From NCBI GenBank assembly GCA_951406725.2, contig OX597814.1, positions 8,928,001 through 8,992,000 on the forward strand: DNA of 64,000 nucleotides. The letters run 5' to 3'. Positions 36,600-48,966 of the stretch are shown here, piece by piece (within the stretch, counting starts at the first letter, position 1; each line of letters starts with the position of its first letter). The translations under genes were made by a program, and so were the position numbers. The notes below the pieces were generated by a model. The model was not told the DNA's origin, searched no databases, and saw nothing but the letters and a program-made list of their open reading frames with translations. The DNA is from Octopus vulgaris. Its lineage: Eukaryota.

Positions 36600-38005
36600 T
36601 TTTTAGCCCAAACAATTACCAGAATGGCCCCTAAAGGCTACAGAAGTGGGAAAACTAAAATGACGTCATTTTGCTTGGGAAGGATTGCCAGATAGTTTAA
36701 TTAAATTCTTGCATTTCTGTGACTGTTATGCTAAAAACTGTGGCTTTAAGTCCAACATAAAATTTACGTCTAGTTTTTCAAAAACTAGCATTGATTATTT
36801 GGACACAAAAGTTAAGTTTTCTGGAGGCAGAATAGTGACAGAGTTACTTTGCAAGCCCATGTCATCCCACATTTACTTCCACCACCGATCATCCACAGCA
36901 TATAATTTGGTCAAATCCCAAATCCCAATAGTTGAGGATAAAACAGATTTGTACTGACATAGGGGATTACTAGAAACATGCAAATGTTTTTGCACATCAT
37001 TATGTCAAATGCAGTTACAGTGAATCATGATTAAAGGAAACAGCAAATGACATAGCTAAGTTTAGTCAAGAAAGTTAAGCACAATTCACACATAATTTTA
37101 GCAAACACAATAGAATGTGTGACAGAAATGCTTTAGTGATTAACTGGCATCAAAATTTCACTGGCATTTCAAAAGCGTTGAAAGAAAGTTACCAGCATGT
37201 TGCAGAAAAATATCCTTGTTTCAAACAAATATTTCCCCAGTCACCCATTGTAGCCATTCGACAGAGTATAAGGGACCTATTAACCTCTACTTCTAACTCC
37301 AAGAAAACTAACATTGGGGTTTCTGCACATGGTACCTTGAAAAACAGCCGCAAGAGAGGTAAGCCCTCTTCACTGTGTGACAACATGAGTCACGTCAGGA
37401 ATCATAACAGAAATGTTATGATTTATACAGAAGGTGGGAAATGTAGAGCTTTACATTTTGCTGTGTTCATGGCAGAATGCATGAAATGCAACTTGGTTTA
37501 TGTTGGTTGCACAACAGAACAATTAAACAAAAGACTTAATGGGCACAGATATGATGTCAGGCACAATAAGAGTAGTTGGACAGAACTTGCCAAATATTTT
37601 GCATCAAATGGCTGCAATTTTGAAACAAACTTGAAAAGGCATGAGGAGTTATTACCATCATGCCCTGGAGGAATGAATAAAATGACAGGAAAATTTCATC
37701 ATATTTACACAAAACTATTTGATTAAATATGCTTCTTTGTTTTCCTTTCCTTTCTCTTTCAGTCTTTTCCTTTTTGCTGGTTGTAAACTTGAAAATTGAA
37801 GATTGATGATGTCATTCCATCAACATGAGAATGCTGGTTGCCTCGTTCAAATTTTGGATTTGAATTTCTATAATTTTGAATTTCTATGTATCACTTTACA
37901 TTTTGAACTCAACAAAGCGAAGCAAGCTGTCAGAATATTGTGCAAACCAAAAGAATATCTATTGCAATCACATTGTGATCTTTGTATTGTCTATTTACCT
38001 TTGTG
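36600..38005 (+). mobile_element. Penelope-like element (family 2): RT end + GIY-YIG
   Basis: NIKFT..IDYLDTKV..TELLCKP (RT end and thumb); ORF 37115-37726 with ECMKCNLVYVGCTT..RLNGH. Confidence 0.88.
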
Positions 38006-38179
38006 AAGAGTTATGCCAATCCTTTTTAAATCCTTTTAAAATAATAATAATAATAATAATTTAAAAAATTTTATCATTAACCCCATCACAGTTGTAGTGG
38101 TGGTGATGGTGACAATGATAAAAATAAAAATAATGATAATATATTGCAGCTGCTAAAACTAAAAATACTACAACTGCTA

Positions 38180-39100
38180 CTATTCTGATAGCACAGGAAC
38201 TTGAGGGTAAACATGAATTCTGATCACGAACAGCCGACGAGAGAGAAGAAACCCTACTCCGTATGGAATTACATGGTTAGTTCCACTGTGGAACCAACAA
38301 ATTAAAAGACAAAGAAGCATCATAGAGGTGGCTCAACAAGGGTGACCTAATCAAAAATACTGAAAGCCTAATCATTGCGGCCCAGGACTCAGTGAAAAAG
38401 AATATATACCACACAAGTGTAACGGATCTCTGCAGAATGTGTGGGAAGAGGGTTGAAAGTGTGACTCACTGTTAGTGCTTGAGAAAGCCTTGAGCAGGAA
38501 GAATACATGCGTAGACACGACAAAGTAGCCCAAAACCTCCACTGGCTACTATGCCACAAGTATGGATATGAGGTTATGGGTGTTTGGTACCAACATACAC
38601 CGGAAAAGGTAATGAACAAAAAGGGGAAGGCAAAAATCCTCTGGGACTTTGATTTCCAGACAGACAAAGTGTTAGAGAACTGAAGGCCAGATATAGAAAC
38701 CTTTAGGAGGGACAAACAAGAGTGCCAAATAATCGATTTGGCAGGGCCAGGAGATCAACACATCATCATGAAATAAAGAGAAAAAGGTTGATAAATATGG
38801 AAACCTGAGAATTGAGATTGCTAAGATGTGGCAGGTACAAGAGTTGAACATAAAGGTTATCCCTATTGTCATCGGAGTATTGGGTTCAATAACATCCAAT
38901 CAGAAAAAAAAAAATCTGAAGTCCTTAGAGATACCCTGCAATCTAGATGTATTGCAAAAGTCAGCATTACTTGGAATTGTGTAAAGTATTGTCTGCCTGA
39001 GGTCCTTCTTGTGACTTGACAAACACTGCAAACCCCCGGTAGACACAATATCTTTGATCAACAATCTCACGATATTGTATACTGTGCGACATCTATAACA
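38180..39100 (+). mobile_element. R4/Dong-type LINE 3' fragment ending at (TAA)n
   Basis: TESLIIAAQD, CRMC, RRHDKVA, ILWDFDFQTD, RPDI, KYGNL, PIVIGVLG. Confidence 0.8.
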
Positions 39101-39261
39101 ATAATAGCAATCATAATTATAATAATCATAATAATAATAATAATAATAATGATAATAATAATAATGATAATAACATTAATAATATTCATAATAAACAGTG
39201 TTTAATAGAGACGGTATGACAAAACACCATAATATTCAATATCAACAAACAAATTGTTTAC

Positions 39262-39343
39262 CTTTTGAATGAAATCCTTCCTTTTCCTGTTTATTCATCA
39301 TTCCTTCATTTCCGTCTTTATTTTGGAGATATTCTTCAAATTC
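39262..39343 (-). CDS. Macrodomain PARP-like gene, linker exon (EFEEYLQNKDGNEGMMNKQEKEGFHSK)
   Basis: ttttgcAG acceptor, GTAAAC donor, 82 nt, phase 0 to 1, in frame with exon 45271-45498. Confidence 0.7.
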
Positions 39344-40369
39344 CTGCAAAATTCAAAACCATGAGAATCATTTTTGTTTAATTTTTTGCTTTTTTTAAAG
39401 AGAAGAGATTTAATTTAACAAAAGACAAACAAAATATTTGAAATATTTAATGATTTCTTTCTAATCAGTAATAAGGAAATGAGGAAAATTACTTTGTCAC
39501 TCAGATCAAAGATATTCCATCCACGACCATCCAGTCTACTGGGAGACATGGTATTGCAGTGGATGCGGCAGAAAAACCTTCCATACTGACCACTGATGTG
39601 GTGTTAGTGAAGTTAAACATGTGACAATGGTGTCTTCATGTAGCTGAAGTTGTATTGTTTCTTCTCTCCACTCACCATTCTGATTAAAACTGCTGAGTCT
39701 TGTGTTTGCTGTTGAAATGTCTATCAAGAATGTTGAAGTTGAGGTTCTTTGGTGCATCTTGTGTAGCCAAGAATATTTGAGGAACAAAAGCAGAGAACAA
39801 GGTAATTATTTTTTGATATTGTAAGCAAGAAGGAGGAGGTGGAGGAGGTCCAACAATTAGGATCATGGTCATTCATAAGAGAGATGACAAAGGAATAAAG
39901 AAAAGATTCAAAAAGAAAGAACTCCACAAACAGTTCTACAGTGGACAGGAATTTCCCCTATTTCTTCATTCAATACCAAAAGGACATAAAGAATGCCTTT
40001 CGGTATTAACACTGCTTCTGTTGCTATTAATTATCTTTAATAAGCCTTCAGGCTATTTGTGACATCACTGTCTATATATCGTTGACGGAGATTTGGCTGT
40101 TATGTTGCTACAGGGCGTCTGTCACTGATGAACCTGAGCAGAGCGAAAATACGTGATCTGGCAGTTCTGGTGCCTGTAGCAGATGATTGTTGTCTACCAA
40201 CAATATAAATTTGCATGCTTTTATGTACCGTGCATCCATATGAGAGGTCCTCTCAAGGTAAAAAAGCAGTATTTGATGTTCTAACACAAAATCCACATTT
40301 AGTTGGATATTAAGATTGCTTTTGGTATTAATACTGCTTCTGTTGCTATTACTTTTAATTACCTTGATT

Positions 40370-40715
40370 TAGGTTCAGTCTCACTGTATGGCACCTTGAG
40401 CAAGTGTCTTTAACTATAGCCTTAGGCCAATCAAAGCCCTGTGAGTGGGTCTGGTAGGCAGTAAATGAGTTGCCTGTCATACATATGTGTGTGTGTCTCC
40501 TTGCCTTTACATTATGTGTTAGCTGTAAACGAGTGTCCCTGTTATGCAAGTGGTGTCCTTTGTTTCTAATATTTTGTGATGTTCTGTAAAATGCAGAAAT
40601 AGTTACCTCCCTTGGAAGGAGGTGAGGGTTGGTGACAGGAAAGGCGCCAAGCCATAGAGAATCCACCTCGACAAATTCTATCCCACACAGGTGGTGGTGG
40701 TGGTGATGGTGATGA
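40370..40715 (+). mobile_element. SINE fragment with RTE-like tail
   Basis: Similar to 21777-22207. Confidence 0.7.
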
Positions 40716-40869
40716 AGAGGATGCATTCTGTTTTCGTTACTTTTATTGTATTTTTTCAAAAGCTGTTACTGAAATTTTATGATCATCATCATTATCATAA
40801 ATATATAAGACTATATTTATGTGTATGTCATTAGACAGAACCTAAAGCATTTTATATTTGAGACTCGAT

Positions 40870-43800
40870 CTCTCCCCCTCTTCCACGTATAGGCCTCACC
40901 ATGTTCTGTTGGGCTTTCTCCAATGGTGACGGGGAAAATGCAAACAACTTTTGACAGAAAAATAAATTCAGTTGAGCTGTCCCCCATCCCAAAACAGGAA
41001 GAATAAACACACCGGTCAACCGCAGTTAATGACATTTTGATTCATTCCCTGCTTTTCTTAACACTCTTTTAAAGGTGTCCACAAAGCGTTCTACCTGCCC
41101 GCTTGACCTCAGGTAGTAGGGTGGAGTGAAAATATACTTTATCTCATCTCTTTTACAGAAGTTCTTGAATTTGTACCCAGAGAACTGCATCCCAATATCA
41201 GAAACTAGCATGTCATGGACACCATATCATACAAACAATTTGTATAAAAACCTTATAATTGTCTTAGAGGTTTGTCTATAGCACCTGCTAACCTCTGGCC
41301 ACTTAGTACAGCTATCTGCCATGATGAGGTAGTAAGTGCCATTTACCAGTCCAGCATAGTCAATGTGTAGCCTACACCACAGCTCCACCATTTCTGGTCA
41401 CAAGTGATATTTTACCAGTGGGGCTTTGGCTTCGAGTGCACAACCTCCCTATGTTTTCAACAAGTTTTCGATATCTCAGTCCATACATGATCAATAGATA
41501 TAACTCCACATCAGACCCTTCATCCTTGCCATTCCGGGATGTCCGCTATGAAAATGTTGCAACACACCTTTTTTTTTCTGTAATGAAGTTGGAACCACCA
41601 GTCTTTGGGAATACATCAGAATATCGTTGCAGATTGAAAAACTACTGACATCTGAATTTTTGTTCCGTTCATTTTTTAAAGCTTCTTTCATTTCTGTAAT
41701 ATACTCATCACTTACAGCTTTCATTCTTGGATCCTGTGCTATCATTGGTAGTTCTTGGATAACGTTTGTCGTAACACTTTTACTTTCGCTTTCTGCCAGA
41801 ACTGTGGCTATAACAGTCTCTTCCAGTGGTTCTATATTTTTTTTTAAATTAATTCCGGAAGGATTTTTTTCATTGGAATGGATTTCATTTTGAAATTATA
41901 ATTTAGTAATATTATACCCCAATATTGCAAGCGGTTCACAGTATGAGCCAGTAACCCTCTTTTAGACCCATAAATTGACAGCAAATGGTCTGATTGCAAT
42001 AAAAACCTTCTGCCATGCAGAAACCTGTGGACCTTTTTAACTGCAAAATCAATTGCTAGGGTCTCCTTTTCAATTGGACTATATCTCTCCTCTGCTGTTA
42101 TTAGCTCGAAACAGGAACCACTGGTTTTGTACTTCCGTCTTCGTATTTATGAAGTAGAACTGCATCTCATCAGTACTCGGAAGCATCAAACACTGCAATG
42201 ATGTCCATTTTGGGATCGTAAGGTGCTAACGACAGGTCTCAGGTTAGAATGTTTAACAATTTCTTCAAAAGTGTTCTGGCATTTAGGGAGACAATTCCCC
42301 TTTACTCCCTTTTTTTAGTAAGTCGTTCAATGGTGTTCTTAACTTGTACATATTAGGAATGTAGTTTTGATAATTGTTTGCCAACCTGAGAAATGCTTGT
42401 AAAGATGGAATATTTGTTGGCAAAGGCATATTCCTTATTGTGTCTGCCCTTGATGGGTCAAGATCTCTAAAACTTTTATCAACTATTTGCCCTAAGTATT
42501 TAATGTGGGGTAGAAAGAATTCGCATTTTTCTTCACTCAAAGTGAACCCCAAAACTTTTCTTAAACATAGCTTTAATGTGTTCCACATGCTGTTCACAAG
42601 AATTACTCTTAATCAAAATGTTGACCGAGTACGGGATAGCAAATTCACAATCAGATAACATAGCATCCATGATTTGCTGAAATATTGCTGGAGCAACTTT
42701 TAATCCAAAAAGTAATAGCGTGTACCTATACAATCCTCTGTGTCAAATACTTTGAGTATATTTTTAATTACTTTCATCTGTAAATAGGCTTCAGACAGAT
42801 CTAATATGGAAAAACATTTTCTACCATTTAACTTTGAAAAAATGTCCTCTGCAGTCGGGAATGGATGCTGGTATATTTTTAAGCAATCGATGAATCCCAT
42901 AGAGAAATCGATACACAAACTAATCTTATTTTGTTTTTTTAAATGCATACCATGGATGCCGCCCACTTCGAGTAATCCGCCTTTTTGATGACTCCACTCT
43001 TTTCGAGTCTGTCCAACTCTTCATTTGCAGTTTCAATTGCCACAAATGGTACTTTTCCTTTTGCTTTAAATACAGGTACGTTTTCACTCATTTGAAAATA
43101 GGCTTCCATCTTTCTATATAGACCTAAATCCTCTGATAACACTTGCAGGAACATTTTTTTTTCAATTTTTCCTTCAGTTCTTCTGTAGACTTGTTTTTAA
43201 CGTGACAACCATTTATTTTATTGCAGTAAAGATTTACGGGGAAGTACCATAAATTGAATAGTTCTAGCCAATCTGTACCAAACAGATGAATAATTTTGCT
43301 TCACGTGTCTCTCCTCGAAATGTGACGTCGATACATGTTTTGTCCATCAAATATAATTTGTCGCCTGTTACACCACATGCTATTTTCGCTGTTTTGCGTA
43401 ATCTCAGTTTACCAATTTTTCCCAAGTATCTGCATTTATAATGAAGATGTCACTACCTGAGTCTAACTGTAATTTGGTATTCACATCATTTATCTTTACA
43501 TGCACGAATTTTCTTCTTTCTCCATCACGATCGATCTCTGCTGAAAACACCTTAGAACTTTTTGTATTTGAGCTTTGCAGTCTTGTTCTGCAATGAGAAC
43601 TCCTGTGTCCCAGCTTATGACAACTATAGTACATTTTGTTTTTAAATGGACAATCCTTTTCGTAGTGTAGGCCTCCATAACCATAACACAGATTGGGGCC
43701 TGATACTTTTTTGGATTCTGCTTTCCAGGACAACACATTTGAAGTTTTGCAGAGTCTTTATCCGGCATTATTTTCACATCATTTACTATAGTCTGACGAT

Positions 43801-44691
43801 CTTCAGTGAGGGTCTGTAGAGATGAATCCTGGTTTGCTTGCTCCATTTTCAAAAGAATCCTTGCCTGAATGTCTTCAAGTGCTATAAGTCCTTACATGAA
43901 GGTAAGTGATTGGAACATATCCTGAGTGAGATGCTGATTTGAAATTTTCACACGTATGGCTGACTACTCCATTAAAGCGCTCAACAATGAACTTTTACAA
44001 AGAAATTTTTGAAAACAATTCCACGGTTTCTTGGAAATCAATCCCACTCAACTTTCTGGGCAGAATAAAGTTACAGTACTGCTCATGTTTGGCAGGAGCT
44101 ACCTTGTGTAGTGAAAGCCTTACTCCTCCTCCGACCGTGACTTACACTCATTGTTAAAAATTTACTCATATCTTCTATAATACACGGGAGACATAATATT
44201 CTCCTCTGGATTATACGTAAATTTAGAAATTGTGTTAGCCGTGTCATCTGGCATAAACAATCTTACTGGACTTGCGGACTTCACTGACTGTAAAACTCAA
44301 TTACTGTTGTTGATGTTGTAGTATTTGTTTTTGCAGCTCTTGTGGTTGTTGCTGTTGCTTCTCTTGAAGCTATTTCCTGTGAAGTTTCAAACAATCCTTG
44401 TTGCCAGATATGTTTATCCTCATGGATAAACAAATACACTGCAACAGTGTAATGAAAAACTGGCAGTATCCACGCAGAACATAACAACAATCCTTTAACA
44501 ACCAACAAACCAACATGCTAACTCGAACTGTAAACTTTCAGCTCCAGCTTTGACTATCAACATATGAACTGTAGAACTAGCATGAATTGCCCTCCAACCC
44601 GAACTTCCACACTTATTCAGACCACTACTACTTTTTTATATATAGTGGCCCAGTCCATTCTCGCCAGGGGGCACTCTACTCTCACACAACA
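40870..44691 (-). mobile_element. Degenerate Ty3/gypsy retrotransposon (Mag-like); 3' LTR missing
   Basis: 5' LTR 44411-44691 followed by PBS-like TGGCAAC. Gag with two CCHC knuckles, protease LDSGS, RT (LDLSEAYLQ, FGLKVAPAIFQ), integrase (HSGHPG, GQVERFV), and a polypurine tract near 40870. Confidence 0.88.
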
Positions 44692-44739
44692 TCAACTACA
44701 ACAACAACAATAATAATAATGATTGATAACATAATCTTG

Positions 44740-45165
44740 GACAGCAAGAACTAAAGAAATATACGTAGTAGCAAAACACATGAAAAGCTTTATATGGAAG
44801 AGTATGAAAAGTACTGGCAGAGGTGGATATCAACAGAGGACTCCTCCAGGGGGACAGTGTGTCTCCGCTGATTTTTTTTTCACTGTGAATAAAACCCCTT
44901 AAGTGAAATACAGCAGATGACAAAGTTGGGGTTTGATGTGGGAAGAGGTAAGCAAAAACTTTACCAGCAGGCATTCAGGAATGACTCAAAATTGTTAACA
45001 AATAGTGAGACAGAACTGGACAGCTTAATCCAGTCTGTGCAGATTTTTGTGAATGATATCAAGATGGAGTTTGGACTCTCAAAATGTGCTACAGTGGTGA
45101 TGAGACCAAGTAAGCTTGCCAGGACAGAAGGCATATGAATGTCATGTGGGGAAATTTATAAAATG
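44740..45165 (+). mobile_element. R4/Dong-type RT fragment
   Basis: INRGLLQGDSVSPL..DIKMEFGLSKCA. Confidence 0.7.
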
Positions 45166-45270
45166 ATTCCAGATTCTTGTTTCTATTTTCTTCATTTGTT
45201 GCAGAATATGCTTTTGGTAAATTCCAAAAATATCAACATCAAACAACAAACAACAAAAACATCAACCAAC

Positions 45271-45498
45271 CTTTGCTATTTCTCTGTCTTCTTCAGGTAA
45301 AACCACAAAGTAAACATCTGTGATCTGGCTTGAATTCAGATCTGAGTAGTTTTTCACTGCTTCTGACAATGTTCTGGGTAGTTTTTCAATGGGGTATTTC
45401 ATTTCAGCCCCTAATATAGGAAATGCCAGGCTTTTTGCTCCTATTCTCTCAGCAGTGTATAGACAAATGGTTATTATTTGAGTCAAGTTTGCCAGAAT
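45271..45498 (-). CDS. Macrodomain PARP9/14/15-like gene, exon encoding the C-half of the macrodomain
   Basis: Polypyrimidine-AG acceptor, GT donor, 228 nt, phase 0-0. ILANLTQII..CL..AERIGAKSLAFPILGA..ITDVYFVV. Confidence 0.88.
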
Positions 45499-46108
45499 CT
45501 AAAAAAAATAATTGTTTAGTAATTGATAATGAACATTTTATTAAGTTATTTTTTTATTACAGGAAGAAACCATTAAGTTGTAATAAATATATCCTCCTCT
45601 CACAACTCCTCTCACTCCTACCACTTCTAAACACAACTGTCATTCCTATCACTCTTTAGTCCTGCAAGGGACAAGGCAACCTCACTCATGATGCTGCTAC
45701 AATAAATCAGACCCAATCCACCGTGTAAAATGGTTGGTGAATGAAGAGAGACAATGCAGACCCAAGAGGAGTCTTTAGTGTTGTTGAGGACATGACAACC
45801 TCTCTAGTGCTCGTGCCATGACAGAGAAAAACTCACCAATACAGACAGTAAAACAGAGAAATATGTTTTAATATAGTCTTATTTATCAGTCACATAACTG
45901 TTGTTAGGCCATGAGGCTTTTTCCCTTCTATTTATATATAAAAGTGTCCTGTTCATCGATATCTTCTGCTTCCTTCCAATGATAACTTGGAAGAACAAAT
46001 ATTAAACAGGATGCTGACATTTGCTTTATGATTCTCACACAACATGCATAAGGTTCTCTTCAAACATTAACTCTTTCAATAAATCAATATCATATGATTG
46101 ATACTTAC

Positions 46109-46336
46109 TAAATCAGAGGAATATTCATCCCAGGGAGGTAATACCAGATGAAATACATTCTCACATTTGAGGTTATATCCTTTAGTGATGGCTATTGTAG
46201 ATGTAGAAATACCTTGAGGATATCTCTGGTTACATTCATCTTGTATCTGTGAACCAGCAGCATTGAGAATAGAATTGGAAATAGAACCCTTGTTAAGCTG
46301 GAGCCGTTCATTGGTGCTGTTAACGATGACATCAAC
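46109..46336 (-). CDS. Macrodomain PARP-like gene, exon encoding the N-half of the macrodomain
   Basis: ttttgtAG acceptor, GTAAGT donor, 228 nt. VDVIVNSTNERLQLNKGSISNSILNAAGSQIQDEC..ITKGYNLKCENVFH. Confidence 0.92.
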
Positions 46337-46617
46337 CTACAAAAGAAATTTATGGTAAACAACTAAGGAACATTCCGTGGAGAGAAGAGAGATACATTGT
46401 TGCAGTTGATATTGTTGTTAAGAAAGGCTCTACAGAATGGCTGTAGTAAGTTTGAGGTTGTTAAAGTTAGCAAAAGATATACTCAAGATATCAGATGTGA
46501 AGGAAATAGAATGTTTGAGTTTGATTGAGAAAATATTTTAATTAACTGTAATGATTCCTCATTTGCAAATGAAATAACAATTAAATATAAATAAGTTACA
46601 TGAATCTATTTACTCAC

Positions 46618-46754
46618 AGATGCATTAGAAATTGAATCAATCAATAGTTGTATTTTGATGCCATCATTTTCTCCGGATGCCACATTAGTTCTGGGTGTCA
46701 TAGGGGCTGCTTTCTGTTGTGGACCAAGAAGGGATGCATTGAATGATGTGGTTT
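46618..46754 (-). CDS. Macrodomain PARP-like gene, inter-macro linker exon
   Basis: ttttcAG acceptor, GTGAGT donor, 137 nt, phase 1 to 0, open frame ending GIKIQLLIDSISNAS. Confidence 0.85.
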
Positions 46755-47207
46755 CTGAAAATAAACAAGTAAACATTTTTCTCTCTCTCTCAAAAGAACT
46801 ACTTTATTCCATATAAATAGTAATGATATTCCTTTCTGAAAATATGATTTAGCAAGAGAATACATGCTAACTTGTAGTCATTTCCCCACCAACTTTTATA
46901 TAGCGACAAGGCTATATAACGCTATTTCTATCTGTTTCTTCCACCACATGGAATTAAAAATACATTGAAGAACATACTTGAAACTTTCAGAGTCTGAAAA
47001 CAGTGAAACTGGTTAGTAAAATGTGATCTTCCACCTCTTATGAAACGTTTTTGCTTAAAACATTTATTAAAACAGGCTTCAGATGGTGTAGATTCCAGTA
47101 AGTTGGGAATTTGGTGTGAAAAAAATGTTTTTGAGGGAGTGGAGAGATGAGATTCAGAAAATTCACACAAGTCAAATTTGTTTCCTCATAACTTTTGGGA
47201 AAATGGT

Positions 47208-48566
47208 TATAAAGTCCTAATAAGTAGGAAGGTAGACAAATCACAAACACCTTCAGGTAGATGGCCCTGCTCGATCTGTAGAAAAGGAGTAGGTAGAAAT
47301 TCTATAAGATGCACCAAGTGTAAGCTATGGACGCATAAGAGGTGCAGCAATGTCAAACGAAGGCTAACTGGGAAGATATGCATGTATGTGGCAGATGCTC
47401 AGGAGCAATAAACACTGGAAATGTGCAGAGACCAACTTCTGCCACGTTCCAGGGAGACAAACTAGAAGTAGTTGATAGCTTCCGCTACCTAGGAGACCAA
47501 GTCAGTAGCGGGGGTGGGTGTGCTGAAAGTGTAACTGCTAGAGTAAGAATAGCCTGGGCAAAGTTTAGAGAGCTCTTACCCCTGCTGGTGACAAAAGGCC
47601 TCTCGCTCAGAGTAAAAGGCAGACTGTATGACGTGTGTGTACGAACAGCCATGCTACATGGCAGTGAATCATGGGCTGTGACTGCTGAGGACATGTGTAA
47701 GCTCGCAAGAAATAAAGCCAGTATGCTCCGATGGATGTGTAATGTCAGTGTTCATACTCAACAGAGTGTAAGTACCTTGAGAGAAAAGTTGGACCTAAGA
47801 AGCATCAGTTGTGGTGTGCAAGAGAGAAGTTTGCGCTGGTATGGTCATGTGGCGAGAATGGATGAGGATAGTTGTGTGAAAAGTGCCACACCCTAGAGGT
47901 TGACGGAACCTGTGGAAGAGGTAGACCCAGGAAAACCTGAGACAAGGTGGTGAAGCAGGACCTTTGAACTTTAGGTCTCACCGAGGAAATGACTAGAGAC
48001 CGAGACCTTTGGAAGTATGCTGTGCGTGAGAAGACCCGGCAGGACAAGTGAAACCATAACTCGTGGCCTCTACATGGGATGTAGCCAGTCCACTTATGCA
48101 TACCTTTCCTTCTGGGGACACATAACTCTACTTGTGAAGACTTGTTGAGGCAAGTGAAAATCGAAATCGATCAACATCAATGGAAATTGCAGCTGTGATA
48201 CCATTGCCGGTGGTATGTAAGAGAACCATCCAAATGTAGCCGTTGCCAGTGCCACCCCGACTGGCCTCGTGCTGGTGGCACGTAAAAGGCACCATCTGTT
48301 CGTGGCTGTTGCCAGCATTGCCTGGCCCCTGTGCCGGTGGCATATAAAAAGCACTATCCGTTCGTGGCCGTTTACCAGCCCCGTCTGGCACCTGTGCTTG
48401 TGGAACGTAAAAAGCACCGACTACACTCACGGAGTGGTTGGCGTTAGGAAGGGCATCCAGTCATAGAAACATTGCCAGATCAGACTGGGCCTGTTGCAGC
48501 CTTCTGGCTCCCCAGACCCCAGTTGAACCGTCCAACCCATGCTAGCATGGAAAGCGGACGCTAAAC

Positions 48567-48609
<43 letters not shown>
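47208..48609 (+). mobile_element. RTE LINE 3' portion, relatively young
   Basis: ORFs 47178-47411 and 47342-47896 (FRYLG, AWAKFREL, LRWYGHV), GRGRP, long (GAT)n tail. Confidence 0.92.
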
Positions 48610-48611
<2 letters not shown>

Positions 48612-48966
48612 AATTTCCACAAATACCTTTAAGAGTCTGTATATTACGATAATAATGGAATTTGATATGAAAATAAAAATTGCAGACATAAATACTGATA
48701 CATGTCAGATATTTGTTTTGAAACATTTTTTATTTTTTACACCAAATTCCAATAGAATTGGAATTTATACCATCTGAAGCATATTTATAGAAAATCTCAT
48801 TAAAATTATGTTTTTCTTTAAATTTTAAGGAAAGGAATTCGTTGCAACACACATGTATAGGCATGGTGCAGGTAATGTTCAGGCTAGTTGCTGAATATCA
48901 TTGCACATGTGTGACCAGAAGTCCATAATAAACATGTGGTCTTTAAAATTTTAATCAATATATATA

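Noticed and set aside
37025-37032. In-frame TGA shared by both arms of Penelope family 2 (selenocysteine, as in Naiad elements?)
   Set aside because: It is not at an obvious Cys position, CGA-to-TGA decay explains it, and no SECIS was recognised. Only a family consensus could revive the idea.
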